From Alphaproteobacteria bacterium (GTDB lineage Bacteria > Pseudomonadota > Alphaproteobacteria > ATCC43930 > CGMCC-115725), in contig JASHNY010000203.1 in assembly GCA_030041385.1 (NCBI GenBank), forward strand, positions 4,458 through 68,457: 64,000 nt of DNA, written 5' to 3'. Below the pieces are notes generated by a model. The model was not told where the DNA came from. It saw only the letters and a list, made by a program, of their open reading frames with translations, and searched no databases. This document shows positions 1 through 8,212 of this stretch, piece after piece. Positions within the stretch are counted from its first letter, which is position 1; every line of letters starts with the position of its first letter. The translations under genes and the position numbers were made by a program.

Positions 1-614
1 GCGCCGGCGACCGCTTTTTCTGCATCGGCGGGCGCAAGGAGGGGATGGAAGACACCACGCTCTATGCCGGGGTATTGCCGACGCTCGACATGTACGAAAG
101 CATCGAGCGATTGCAGAAGCCGGTCATCGCCTCGGTCAACGGCTACGCGGTCGGCGGCGGCCATGTCTTGCACGTCATGTGCGACATCACGATCGCCAAG
201 GAAAGCGCGATCTTTCGCCAGGTCGGGCCGATGATGGGCAGCTTCGATGCCGGTTACGGCACCTGGTACCTCGAAGATTTGGTCGGCAAGAAAAAGGCCA
301 AGGAAATCTGGTTCAGGAACCCGCGCATGACCGCGCAGGAGGCGCTGTCGATCGGGCTTGTCAACAAGGTCGTCCCGGACGCCGAATTGAAGGCGGCGAC
401 GCGCGAGATGGCGCTCGAAATCGCCGAGCGCGGGCCGTTTGCGCTGGCCGCGATCAAGGGCGCCTTTGCCGCGCGCCACGGCGGCGTTTCGGGATTGTCG
501 CGGATGACCCACGATCTGTTGCTGCGCCCCTATCTCGACACCGAGGAATCGCACGAACTCGGCGCCTCGTTCGCCGAAAAGCGCAAGCCGGACCCGAAGA
601 AATTCGGGCATTGA
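1..614 (+). CDS. Crotonase-superfamily enzyme of the MenB/BadI type (dihydroxynaphthoyl-CoA synthase / 2-ketocyclohexanecarboxyl-CoA hydrolase-like); 5' end lies outside the window
   Basis: The frame is open from the window edge (codons phased from nt 3: AGDRFFCIGG...) to the stop at 612-614. The translation has NGYAVGGGHVLHVMCDITIA, GSFDAGYG and a C-terminal KRKPDPKKF, the pattern I associate with MenB-like crotonases. Confidence 0.8.
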   Translation, partial: AGDRFFCIGGRKEGMEDTTLYAGVLPTLDMYESIERLQKPVIASVNGYAVGGGHVLHVMCDITIAKESAIFRQVGPMMGSFDAGYGTWYLEDLVGKKKAKEIWFRNPRMTAQEALSIGLVNKVVPDAELKAATREMALEIAERGPFALAAIKGAFAARHGGVSGLSRMTHDLLLRPYLDTEESHELGASFAEKRKPDPKKFGH

Positions 615-639
615 TCGGTGCACTGGGACGAGCGGTATT

Positions 640-775
640 GCGTCCTTCGAGGCCCCCCGGATGGCCGGCGCTGCGGGCCGTCCCCGGTGGCGCCTCAGGA
701 TGAGGGAGGTCTTTAATGCCACGCACCGATATTCGTTCTGAGGAGCAGCCGGCACGAACGCGTCTCGAAGGACGC
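640..775. repeat. Intergenic element bounded by a perfect 12-bp inverted repeat (GCGTCCTTCGAG ... CTCGAAGGACGC)
   Basis: Arms read directly at 640-651 and 764-775. The interior shares GCACGAACGC and GCGTCCTTCG-type motifs with the 42905-43136 element. Confidence 0.4.
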
Positions 776-813
776 GCGACCGGGGTGCAGCCCTTTCGGC
801 CGGTGTCGGAGAT

Positions 814-2472
814 ATGACCAACACGCTTTTGACCCTGCACGATCCCGCGGCGGCGCGGCGCTATCACGCGGAAGGGCTGTGGCGCGACGATACGCTCTAC
901 ACGCTGCTGCAGACGCACGCGGCCGAGCGGCCCGAGGCGTTTGCTCTGCGCGACGGGCGGCGGCGGCTCACCTGGCGGGAATTGCTGAGCGCGGTGGATG
1001 CGGTCGCGGCCGATCTCGATGCGGCGGGGCTGAAGCGCGGCGAGCGGGTCGCGGTGTGGCTGCCGAACCGGGTCGAGGCGGTCATCGTGTTTCTGGCCTG
1101 CTCGCGCCAGGGCTACGTCTGCAACCCGTCATTGCACCAGAACTACACGGTCGCCGAGATCGTCCACCTGCTGACGCGCACCCAGGCGGCGGCATTGTTC
1201 GCCCAGCCGGGCTACGGCGCCGACGCCAAGACCGCCGACATCTTCGCCGCGGTCGCCGACCTCGCCTCGTTGCGCCGGGTCTACACCCTCGGCGATGGCC
1301 CCGCCGGCGCAGCGGGGTTTCCGACCCGGCCGGGGCCGCTGCCGCCGGTCGTGACCAACCCCGACAAGATCGTCTATCTCGCCTTCACCTCGGGCACGAC
1401 CGGCACGCCGAAAGGCGTCATGCACTCCGACAACACGCTGCTCGCCAACGGGCGCTGCATGATCGCCGATTGGCATCACGACCACGCGACGATCCTCCTC
1501 AGCCTCAGCCCGCTGTCGCATCACATCGCCACGGTGGCGGTCGAGCAGATGATGGCGGCCGGGCTCGAACTGGTGGTCAACGCGCCGCCCCCAAGTGCCA
1601 AAGATGGCGGCATGACGCCGCTCGACTGGATCGTCGAGACCGGCGCGACCTATGTGATGGGGGTGCCGACCCACGCGATGGACATCCTCGCCGAGATGCG
1701 CCGCCGCCGGCTCGATCGGCTGGGCCGGGTCAAAACCTTCTACATGGCCGGCTCGGTCATCCCGCGCGAAGTCGCGCAAGCCTTTCTCGACCGCGGGGTC
1801 ACCCCGCAAAACGTCTACGGCATGAGCGAGAACGGCTCGCACCAGTACACTTTGCCGAGCGATGCGCCGGAGACGATCGTTGCCACCTGCGGGCGCGCCT
1901 GCGCCGCCTACGAAATCCGGCTGTTCGATCCGGAGGCCCCCGACATCGAGGTCGCGCCCGGCATGGTCGGCGAGATCGGCGGCCGCGGCGCCTGTTTGAC
2001 CCTCGGCTATTTCGACAACCAGCGCGCCACCGAAGAATCGTTCAACCGCGGCGGCTGGTTCATGTCGGGCGACCTCGGCCGGCTCGATGCGGATGGCAAC
2101 CTCGAAATCGTCGGCCGCAAAAAGGATCTGATCATCCGCGGCGGGCGCAACATCCACCCGGCCAAGATCGAGGAACTGGCGATGCGGCACAAATCGGTCG
2201 CCAAATGTGCGGCGTTTGCCGTCGCCGATCACCGGCTGGGCGAGAAGGTGTGCCTGTCGGTGATCTTTCACGACGGCGAGAGTGCGCTCGCCGACGAGGT
2301 CCTGGCACACCTCCACGCCGAGGGGCTGTCGCGCTACGACATGCCGGAATACTTCATCGCGATGACCGAATATCCGCTGACCGCCAGCGGCAAGATATTG
2401 AAGCGCGAGCTGGTCGAATGGGCGAAATCGGGCCGCATCGCCCCGCTTGCGGTGCGCTGGACCGGGGAGTAG
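814..2472 (+). CDS. AMP-dependent acyl-CoA synthetase/ligase (cyclohexanecarboxylate/aromatic-acid CoA ligase-like)
   Basis: 552-aa ORF with AMP-binding motifs FTSGTTGTPKGV and GDLGRLDADGNLEIVGRKKDLIIRGGRNIHP. Confidence 0.9.
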   Translation: MTNTLLTLHDPAAARRYHAEGLWRDDTLYTLLQTHAAERPEAFALRDGRRRLTWRELLSAVDAVAADLDAAGLKRGERVAVWLPNRVEAVIVFLACSRQGYVCNPSLHQNYTVAEIVHLLTRTQAAALFAQPGYGADAKTADIFAAVADLASLRRVYTLGDGPAGAAGFPTRPGPLPPVVTNPDKIVYLAFTSGTTGTPKGVMHSDNTLLANGRCMIADWHHDHATILLSLSPLSHHIATVAVEQMMAAGLELVVNAPPPSAKDGGMTPLDWIVETGATYVMGVPTHAMDILAEMRRRRLDRLGRVKTFYMAGSVIPREVAQAFLDRGVTPQNVYGMSENGSHQYTLPSDAPETIVATCGRACAAYEIRLFDPEAPDIEVAPGMVGEIGGRGACLTLGYFDNQRATEESFNRGGWFMSGDLGRLDADGNLEIVGRKKDLIIRGGRNIHPAKIEELAMRHKSVAKCAAFAVADHRLGEKVCLSVIFHDGESALADEVLAHLHAEGLSRYDMPEYFIAMTEYPLTASGKILKRELVEWAKSGRIAPLAVRWTGE

Positions 2473-2476
2473 GGCG

Positions 2477-3244
2477 ATGACCGTGCACCTCGCCCAGGCC
2501 GAGGAATTCGCGCTGTTGACGCTCGACCGGCCCGAGGCGCTGAACGCGCTTAATTTCGCCATGTTGCGCGAACTTGATGACGCGTTGGATGAGGTTGAGG
2601 CCGGCAAGTCACGGGCGTTGTTGGTCACCGGCGCCGGCGACAAGGCGTTCTGTGCCGGCGCCGACATCCGGGAATTGCTCGGCCGGTCGCTGGCGCAGCA
2701 GCGCCGCGATGCGGCCCGCGGACAGCGGATCGTCTCGCGTTTTGGCCGTCTTCGGATGCCGTCCTTCGCGCTGATCAACGGCTACGCCTTCGGCGGGGGT
2801 CTCGAACTGGCGCTCGCCTGCAATTTCCGCCTCGCGCTGCGCACGGCCCGGCTCGGCCTGCCCGAGATCAAGCTTGGCCTCATTCCCGGCTATGGCGGCA
2901 CGCAGCGCCTGCCGCGGCTTGTCGGCGAGGCCCGCGCGCTCGACATCGTGATGACCGGCCGCACGGTGATGGCCGACGAGGCCGAGCGTATCGGCCTCGT
3001 CAACCGGCTGGCCGATAACGACCTGATCGCGGCCGGCAAGGCCTTTGCGCGCGAGATGAGCGGTTACGGCCTGCCGGCACTGGCCTTGGCGCGCGACGCG
3101 GTGGCCCGCGCGCTCGATTTGCCGCTCGACGAAGGACTGAAGGCCGAGGCCGAGCTCAACACGCTCGCTTTCCAGACCGCGGACGCCACCGAAGGCATGG
3201 AAGCCTTCCTCGCCAAGCGGAAGCCGGTCTTTCGCGATGAATAA
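2477..3244 (+). CDS. Enoyl-CoA hydratase/isomerase (crotonase family)
   Basis: ATG at 2477 lies 4 nt after the ligase stop and is preceded by GGGAG. Motifs LVTGAGDKAFCAGADI and INGYAFGGGLELALAC. The ORF-track start at 2447 overlaps the upstream gene and is less likely. Confidence 0.9.
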   Translation: MTVHLAQAEEFALLTLDRPEALNALNFAMLRELDDALDEVEAGKSRALLVTGAGDKAFCAGADIRELLGRSLAQQRRDAARGQRIVSRFGRLRMPSFALINGYAFGGGLELALACNFRLALRTARLGLPEIKLGLIPGYGGTQRLPRLVGEARALDIVMTGRTVMADEAERIGLVNRLADNDLIAAGKAFAREMSGYGLPALALARDAVARALDLPLDEGLKAEAELNTLAFQTADATEGMEAFLAKRKPVFRDE

Positions 3245-3248
3245 CGAT

Positions 3249-3350
3249 TGGAGCGCGGCTGTCTCGGCGGCAAGCGGGCGGGACGCCTGCGTTCCGGTAA
3301 CGGGGTGGAGCGCGGCCGTCTCGGCCGCAAGCGGGCGGGACGCCCGCGTT
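3249..3350. repeat. Tandem direct repeat: two 45-bp units (3249-3293, 3306-3350) with a 57-bp period, each holding two GC-rich hairpins
   Basis: Units TGGAGCGCGGCTGTCTCGGCGGCAAGCGGGCGGGACGCCTGCGTT and TGGAGCGCGGCCGTCTCGGCCGCAAGCGGGCGGGACGCCCGCGTT differ at 3 positions. In unit 2 all three positions restore stem pairing (GCGGCC..GGCCGC and GCGGGC..GCCCGC). Confidence 0.9.
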
Positions 3351-3352
3351 TT

Positions 3353-4525
3353 ATGACCCCGCTGTTCGACCGGCTCGACGCGCTGCCGCCGCTCTCGCCC
3401 GAGGAGCGACAGCTGTTGGCCAGCGTCAAGGCGCTGGCGCGCGACCGGATCATGCCGCGCGCCGCCGCCTACGACCGCACCGCCGAATTCCCGTGGGACA
3501 ATGTGAACGCGATCAACGCGCTCGGCCTCAACGCGATGTTTGTGCCCGAGGAATACGGTGGCGCCGGGATGAGCTACGCCGCCTATCTCGCCTGCGTGCG
3601 CGAGATTTCGGCAGCGTGCGCCTCGACCGGGATCATCTGGGCGACCAATTTCCACGCGGTGAAGCCGTTGATCGACTTCGGCACCGAGGAGCAGAAGCGG
3701 CGGCTGCTGCCGCGCGTCGCCGAGGGAGCGCTCGGCGCGCTGGCGATCACCGAGCCGGATGCCGGGTCGGACGCCACCGGCATGAAGACGCGCTTCACCC
3801 CCGATGGCGACGAGGTGGTCGTGTCGGGGGGCAAGGTGTTCATCACCAGCGGCGACGTCGCCGATCTGATCCTGCTGTTCGGCAAATGGAGCGAACTTGG
3901 AGACAGGCGCGAGGCGATCACCGCGCTTTACCTCGAGAAGGGCACGCCGGGGTTCTCCGTGGTGCGCAAGGAGGACAAGCTCGGGCATCGCGCCTCATCC
4001 ACGGCGGCGCTGGCCTTCGACAATTGCCGCGTGCCGCGCGCCAATCTGCTCGGCGAGCCGGGGGAGGGGCTGAAGCTGCTATTGGCGGCGCTCAACAAGT
4101 CGCGCCCCAGCGTCGCCGCGCATGCGCTCGGCATTGCCCGCGCCGCATTCGGCGACGCGGTCGCCTACATCAACGAGCGCCGCCAATCGGGCCGCCGCAT
4201 CGTCGAGTTCCAGGGCATCCAGTTTCTGCTTGCCGATCTCGCCACCGACCTGGCGATGTGCGAGGCATGGCTGTGGCACGTCGCCGCGCTGGTCGATCGC
4301 GGCATCGTCGATATCGGAGGCGAGGCGTCGATGCTGAAATTGCGCGCCAGCGACCTGGCGATGCGCGCGGCAACCGAGGCGGTTCAGCTTTTCGGCGGGG
4401 CCGGCTACATCGCCGACTACCGGGTCGAGCGGCTGCTGCGCGACGCCAAGATCACCCAGATCTGGGAAGGCACGAACCAGGTCCACCGCCAGTTGATCGG
4501 CCGCAGCTTCATCTCGCGGGCTTGA
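3353..4525 (+). CDS. Acyl-CoA dehydrogenase
   Basis: ATG at 3353 lies just after the tandem repeat; the ORF-track start at 3248 would translate the repeat. Motifs ALAITEPDAGSDATGMKT and QLFGGAGYIADYRVERLLRDAKITQIWEGTNQV. Confidence 0.9.
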   Translation: MTPLFDRLDALPPLSPEERQLLASVKALARDRIMPRAAAYDRTAEFPWDNVNAINALGLNAMFVPEEYGGAGMSYAAYLACVREISAACASTGIIWATNFHAVKPLIDFGTEEQKRRLLPRVAEGALGALAITEPDAGSDATGMKTRFTPDGDEVVVSGGKVFITSGDVADLILLFGKWSELGDRREAITALYLEKGTPGFSVVRKEDKLGHRASSTAALAFDNCRVPRANLLGEPGEGLKLLLAALNKSRPSVAAHALGIARAAFGDAVAYINERRQSGRRIVEFQGIQFLLADLATDLAMCEAWLWHVAALVDRGIVDIGGEASMLKLRASDLAMRAATEAVQLFGGAGYIADYRVERLLRDAKITQIWEGTNQVHRQLIGRSFISRA

Positions 4526-4616
4526 CCGCGGCGGCGCGATGCGCGGGAAGGGCTTGTTTGCGCCTCGCCGATGAGGCAGCCTGCGCGCGCCGAACCAACC
4601 GATTCAAGCCCTTGCC

Positions 4617-5003
4617 ATGCGGCGCCTGCTGATTTTCACCCTGGTCTGCCCGCTTGCCCTCGCCGGCTGCTATGCCGAGCACTGGAAGGAGGACGAGATC
4701 CTGGTGACGACGATGCCGCCCGGTGCCCAGTGCACCCTGACCCGCAATGGCGACAAGGTGGCCACCGTCGCGCCGACGCCCGGCATCGCGGTCGTCAGCC
4801 GGGGCCCTGACGACATCGCCATCGATTGCCGTCGCGCCGGCTACGCCGAGGCAAAAGCCGTGTCCCATGCCCACGGCAAGGCGTTCGACATGGACACGAT
4901 CACCGAGGGCCGCTCCGGCTATGGCTATGACAGCCCGATCAACATCACGCTGGTGCCGAACGCCAGCGCCGGCCAGTCGGCCTCGGCCGTGCCGCGCCGG
5001 TAA
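4617..5003 (+). CDS. Small lipoprotein, possibly with a PEGA-like domain
   Basis: N-terminus MRRLLIFTLVCPLALAGC is a signal peptide plus lipobox (LAGC). PPGAQCTLTRNGDKV resembles a PEGA motif. GC3-rich frame. Confidence 0.6.
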   Translation: MRRLLIFTLVCPLALAGCYAEHWKEDEILVTTMPPGAQCTLTRNGDKVATVAPTPGIAVVSRGPDDIAIDCRRAGYAEAKAVSHAHGKAFDMDTITEGRSGYGYDSPINITLVPNASAGQSASAVPRR

Positions 5004-5012
5004 GCGGCGCAT

Positions 5013-5171
5013 TCAGCGCGCGTGCACCTGCAGGTCGGAAACCAGCGCCTTGCCCTTGGTCTCCGGGCCCAGTAGGCCCCGGATCGTGAACGCCGCAACC
5101 AGGATCGGGTAGCTGGTGGTGAAGAAGCCGGGGGCGACCGCCGCGCGCGCGGCGGTCGCCGGCCGCAGGGT
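5013..5171 (-). pseudogene. 3' remnant of a second MFS transporter gene, in frame directly after the stop of the intact MFS gene
   Basis: Reading on from the TGA at 5172-5174 gives 52 sense codons then TGA (5013-5015): TLRPATAARAAVAPGFFTTSYPILVAAFTIRGLLGPETKGKALVSDLQVHAR. This parallels the intact C-terminus ...IPMLIATLFGLVNFIASLFFGPETKDVEMVPDLVVA. Confidence 0.5.
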
Positions 5172-6446
5172 TCAGGCCACGACCAGGTCGGGCACCATCT
5201 CCACGTCCTTGGTCTCGGGCCCGAAGAACAAGGAGGCGATGAAGTTGACCAGCCCGAACAGCGTCGCGATCAGCATTGGGATCGCGAAGCCCATATGCCA
5301 ATTGATCGCGAAGAAGGTCAGGATCGGCGGCACCAGCCCGCCGAAGATCGCGCCGATGTGATAGCTGAACGCGGTGGCCGAAGCGCGCACCTCGGTCGGA
5401 TAGCGTTCGTTCAGGTACGCCGGGATCTGGCCGTACATGCCGCCACCGGCGAACAGTCCTTGCAGGATGAAGCCGATCACGATGATCAGCGTGTCGCTGG
5501 TCAGCAGATAGATCGGCGTGATGATCAGCGACACCAAGGCCGGCAATATCATCGACCAGCGCCGGCCGATGCGATCCGACACGATGCCCCAGAGCGAGCT
5601 GGCGAGGAAGACGAACAGGTTCGCCAGGATCAACGGGGTAGCGATGAGCGCGGTGCTCAGGTGCAAGTCGTTCTGCAGATGGGTGGGGAACAGGGCGTTG
5701 ATCGAATAATAGGTGATGAAACCGGCGACTTGGAACCAGCACGCGTTCAACAGGTTACCGACGACGCCGCGCCTGAATATCCTGACCAGCGGCGCTTTGA
5801 CGATGCGGTTTTCCGCCCGCTGCCGGCGGTTGTTCTCGATCCAGACCTCGGGTTCTTTGACCCAGAAGCGGATATAGACGATGGCCAGTGCGGGGGCGAT
5901 GCCGATCCACAGCATGCCGCGCCACCCGAACCGGTCGAACAGCAGCCAATAGCAGGCGCTCGACAGCAGGAAGCCGAGCCCCCAAGAACCCTGCAATACC
6001 CCGCTCATGAACCCGCGCGAGCGCATCGGCCACTGCTCCATGGCCAGCGCCGCGCCGGCCGGCCATTCGGCGCCCATGCCCAGCCCGAGCAGCAGCCGGA
6101 ACAGGAACAGGAACCAGAAGGTCGGCGAAAATCCGGCGATGAAATTGCACACCGAGAACCAGGCGATCGAGATCATCAGCGGCTTTTTGCGGCCCATCCG
6201 GTCGGCGAGCCAGCCCGAGGCGCAGGCGCCGACGAGCCGCATCCACAGGGTCAACGTGAACACAAAGGTGACATCGACCAGCGGAACCTTAAATTCCTTG
6301 CTGATCGGCACCATGATCAGCAGGAACACGGTAAAATCGAAGGCGTCCAGGGTCCAGCCCAACCAGGCCGCCAAATAGGCGTACCATTGATCCTTCGTAG
6401 GTTCCTTCCACCAAGGCACATTAGTGGCGGTCTCGGCCGTCGCCAT
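5172..6446 (-). CDS. MFS transporter (sugar-acid/organic-anion symporter-like)
   Basis: 424 aa with multiple TM segments and the MFS signature GWLADRMGRKKP between TM2 and TM3. Confidence 0.9.
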   Translation of the reverse strand: MATAETATNVPWWKEPTKDQWYAYLAAWLGWTLDAFDFTVFLLIMVPISKEFKVPLVDVTFVFTLTLWMRLVGACASGWLADRMGRKKPLMISIAWFSVCNFIAGFSPTFWFLFLFRLLLGLGMGAEWPAGAALAMEQWPMRSRGFMSGVLQGSWGLGFLLSSACYWLLFDRFGWRGMLWIGIAPALAIVYIRFWVKEPEVWIENNRRQRAENRIVKAPLVRIFRRGVVGNLLNACWFQVAGFITYYSINALFPTHLQNDLHLSTALIATPLILANLFVFLASSLWGIVSDRIGRRWSMILPALVSLIITPIYLLTSDTLIIVIGFILQGLFAGGGMYGQIPAYLNERYPTEVRASATAFSYHIGAIFGGLVPPILTFFAINWHMGFAIPMLIATLFGLVNFIASLFFGPETKDVEMVPDLVVA

Positions 6447-6492
6447 GGTTGCCTCCCGTTCAAAAAACTGCCCAAACGCCTATTTTTTCGGC

Positions 6493-6557
6493 ATCGACTT
6501 TCGATCGACTGCCGGCTGACCGGTGCAGTATTGAACTGAAACTATATCGACTGCCGG
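6493..6557. promoter_or_regulatory. Direct repeats ATCGACT(GCCGG) upstream of the MFS gene; candidate operator
   Basis: ATCGACTGCCGG occurs at 6504-6515 and 6546-6557, plus ATCGACT at 6493-6499, in the 152-bp region between the MFS start (6446) and the next gene. Confidence 0.2.
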
Positions 6558-6598
6558 GGTCGTCGGCAAGCCGGGGCGCGACTGCTACCGCTTTTCGC

Positions 6599-6985
6599 CT
6601 AGCTGAGGCTGACCAGTACCCACAACACGACCAGGCCGGCTATCGCCAAGCTTGCATGAATTGCGACCACCGCGCTCGCCGGCCGTCTGGCGCGGCACGA
6701 CGCCCACGCGATCGCCAACCCGAACACCAGCGCCAGGCCCAGCAAAACCGCCGCAACGGCGCCGAAGCCCGCCGTCCCCATCGTGCTCGGCGGCAATCCG
6801 CGATCGAGCGCCACGGCGAGGACCGCCAGGCCGGCGGCGCCAAGAGCGCCGTGCAGCGGCGGAATTGGCCGCGCCGGCGGCTTCGTCTCGGTTCCTCGCA
6901 GGTAGCGAACCGCCAGGGCGGCGCCGATGACGGCGGCCGCGATCAGCATCGCCAGCGCTGTCACGACCAGACGGAACGGGGTCAT
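6599..6985 (-). CDS. Small integral membrane protein of unknown function (about 4 TM segments)
   Basis: 128 aa, strongly hydrophobic, GC3-rich. Starts 7 nt downstream of the LLM oxidoreductase stop on the same strand. Competing plus-strand ORFs are Arg-rich high-GC artefacts. Confidence 0.55.
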   Translation of the reverse strand: MTPFRLVVTALAMLIAAAVIGAALAVRYLRGTETKPPARPIPPLHGALGAAGLAVLAVALDRGLPPSTMGTAGFGAVAAVLLGLALVFGLAIAWASCRARRPASAVVAIHASLAIAGLVVLWVLVSLS

Positions 6986-6992
6986 GCCCGGC

Positions 6993-7979
6993 TCACTTGA
7001 ACCGCGGCATCACCTCCCGGCAATACAGTTGCAGCGAGCGCAGCACCTGTTCGTGCGACAGCAGGCTGCCCGGGTTGATCTCGGCCGAGACGCCGGCGAT
7101 CCCCGCGGTTTCCTGCAATTCTGCAAGGCGGTCGGCGACCATGTCGGGAGTGCCGACGATGCCCTTTTCCTGCCTTACCTGCTCGTAGTTCATCGGCCCG
7201 CGCTTCAGGTCTGGGCGATAGGACGCGAATTGCATCATCCCGGCCTCGGCTTCGGCGAACGCGGCCGCCCGGCTTTCGCCCACATAGATCGGCACCTGCA
7301 GATAAACCTCTCCCGGGCCGTCGTGACCGGCGGCGCGCCGCCCCTCGCGATAGGCGTGCGCATGGCCGGGAAGTTCGGAGAGCGGGCTTGCCCGCACGGC
7401 GGAAAACAGCGGATACCCGAGCCGCCCGATCGCCGTATAGGTGTCGGCCTGGCTCGCGGCGATGCGGATCGGCGGGTGAGGAACCTGCACCGGGCGCGGC
7501 ACCAGGGTGAAATTGTCGAATGCGAAATAGCGGCCGCGATGCGAACAGACCGGCTCGGTCCAGGCCTTCTCGATGATGTGGAGGCTTTCGGCGAAGCGCT
7601 CGGTGCTTTCTTCATAGGAGATGCCGTAAGCCTGGTAGGCGCGCGGAAAGGCGCTGCGGCCGACCCCGAAAATCAGTCGGCCGCCGCTGATCTGGTCGAT
7701 CGTGGCGGTTTCCTCGGCAAGGCGCAGCGGGTGGCCCAGCGGCAGGATCTGGACCGCGGTGCCGATCTTGATGCGGCTGGTGCGCGCGGCGACCGCGCTC
7801 GCCACGGTCAGCGGCGCCGACAACAGCGAGCGCGCCGGGTTCATGTGTATTTCGGCGAGCCACAGCACGTCGAGGCCCCAGCCTTCCGCGGCCGCGATCT
7901 GCTCGAAGGATTGCGCGAACGCCGCTGCTTGCGACGGCGCCCTGGTCGACCAGAACTCGTGGAAGATGCCGAATTCCAT
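6993..7979 (-). CDS. LLM-class (luciferase-like) flavin-dependent oxidoreductase
   Basis: 328 aa. MEFGIFHEF..., GWGLDVLWLAEIH and LGHPLRLAEETATIDQISGGRLIFGVGRS are typical of luciferase-like monooxygenases. Confidence 0.85.
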   Translation of the reverse strand: MEFGIFHEFWSTRAPSQAAAFAQSFEQIAAAEGWGLDVLWLAEIHMNPARSLLSAPLTVASAVAARTSRIKIGTAVQILPLGHPLRLAEETATIDQISGGRLIFGVGRSAFPRAYQAYGISYEESTERFAESLHIIEKAWTEPVCSHRGRYFAFDNFTLVPRPVQVPHPPIRIAASQADTYTAIGRLGYPLFSAVRASPLSELPGHAHAYREGRRAAGHDGPGEVYLQVPIYVGESRAAAFAEAEAGMMQFASYRPDLKRGPMNYEQVRQEKGIVGTPDMVADRLAELQETAGIAGVSAEINPGSLLSHEQVLRSLQLYCREVMPRFK

Positions 7980-8212
7980 GCCCTATCGTCCGCCCCAGCG
8001 CCGCCGCGGACATCATATAGCGGCATCCCGCGGCCGGGGTCGAGCCGCCCGGAAGCCGGGTGCACCGAATCCGAAATTCGCGGTATCTCAGGGTAAGGCT
8101 CAGATCACGCGAACTTCAAATCCGCCACACTGGCCCCCGTTTCAGTTTGCCGCGATTGATGCGATGCTGCGCAACAAGGCCGTTTCGATCCGGCCGGCGA
8201 CAGGGGGGGTTC

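Noticed and set aside
3249-3350. Possible CRISPR array
   Set aside because: Only two repeat units with a 12-bp spacer, no further repeats and no cas genes. It is better explained as a duplicated REP-type element. No CRISPR-like array exists anywhere in the window.
8203-8209. G7 homopolymer 3 nt upstream of the SBP start codon as a phase-variation switch
   Set aside because: The tract is short for slipped-strand variation and most simply serves as the Shine-Dalgarno sequence. There is no supporting evidence in the sequence.
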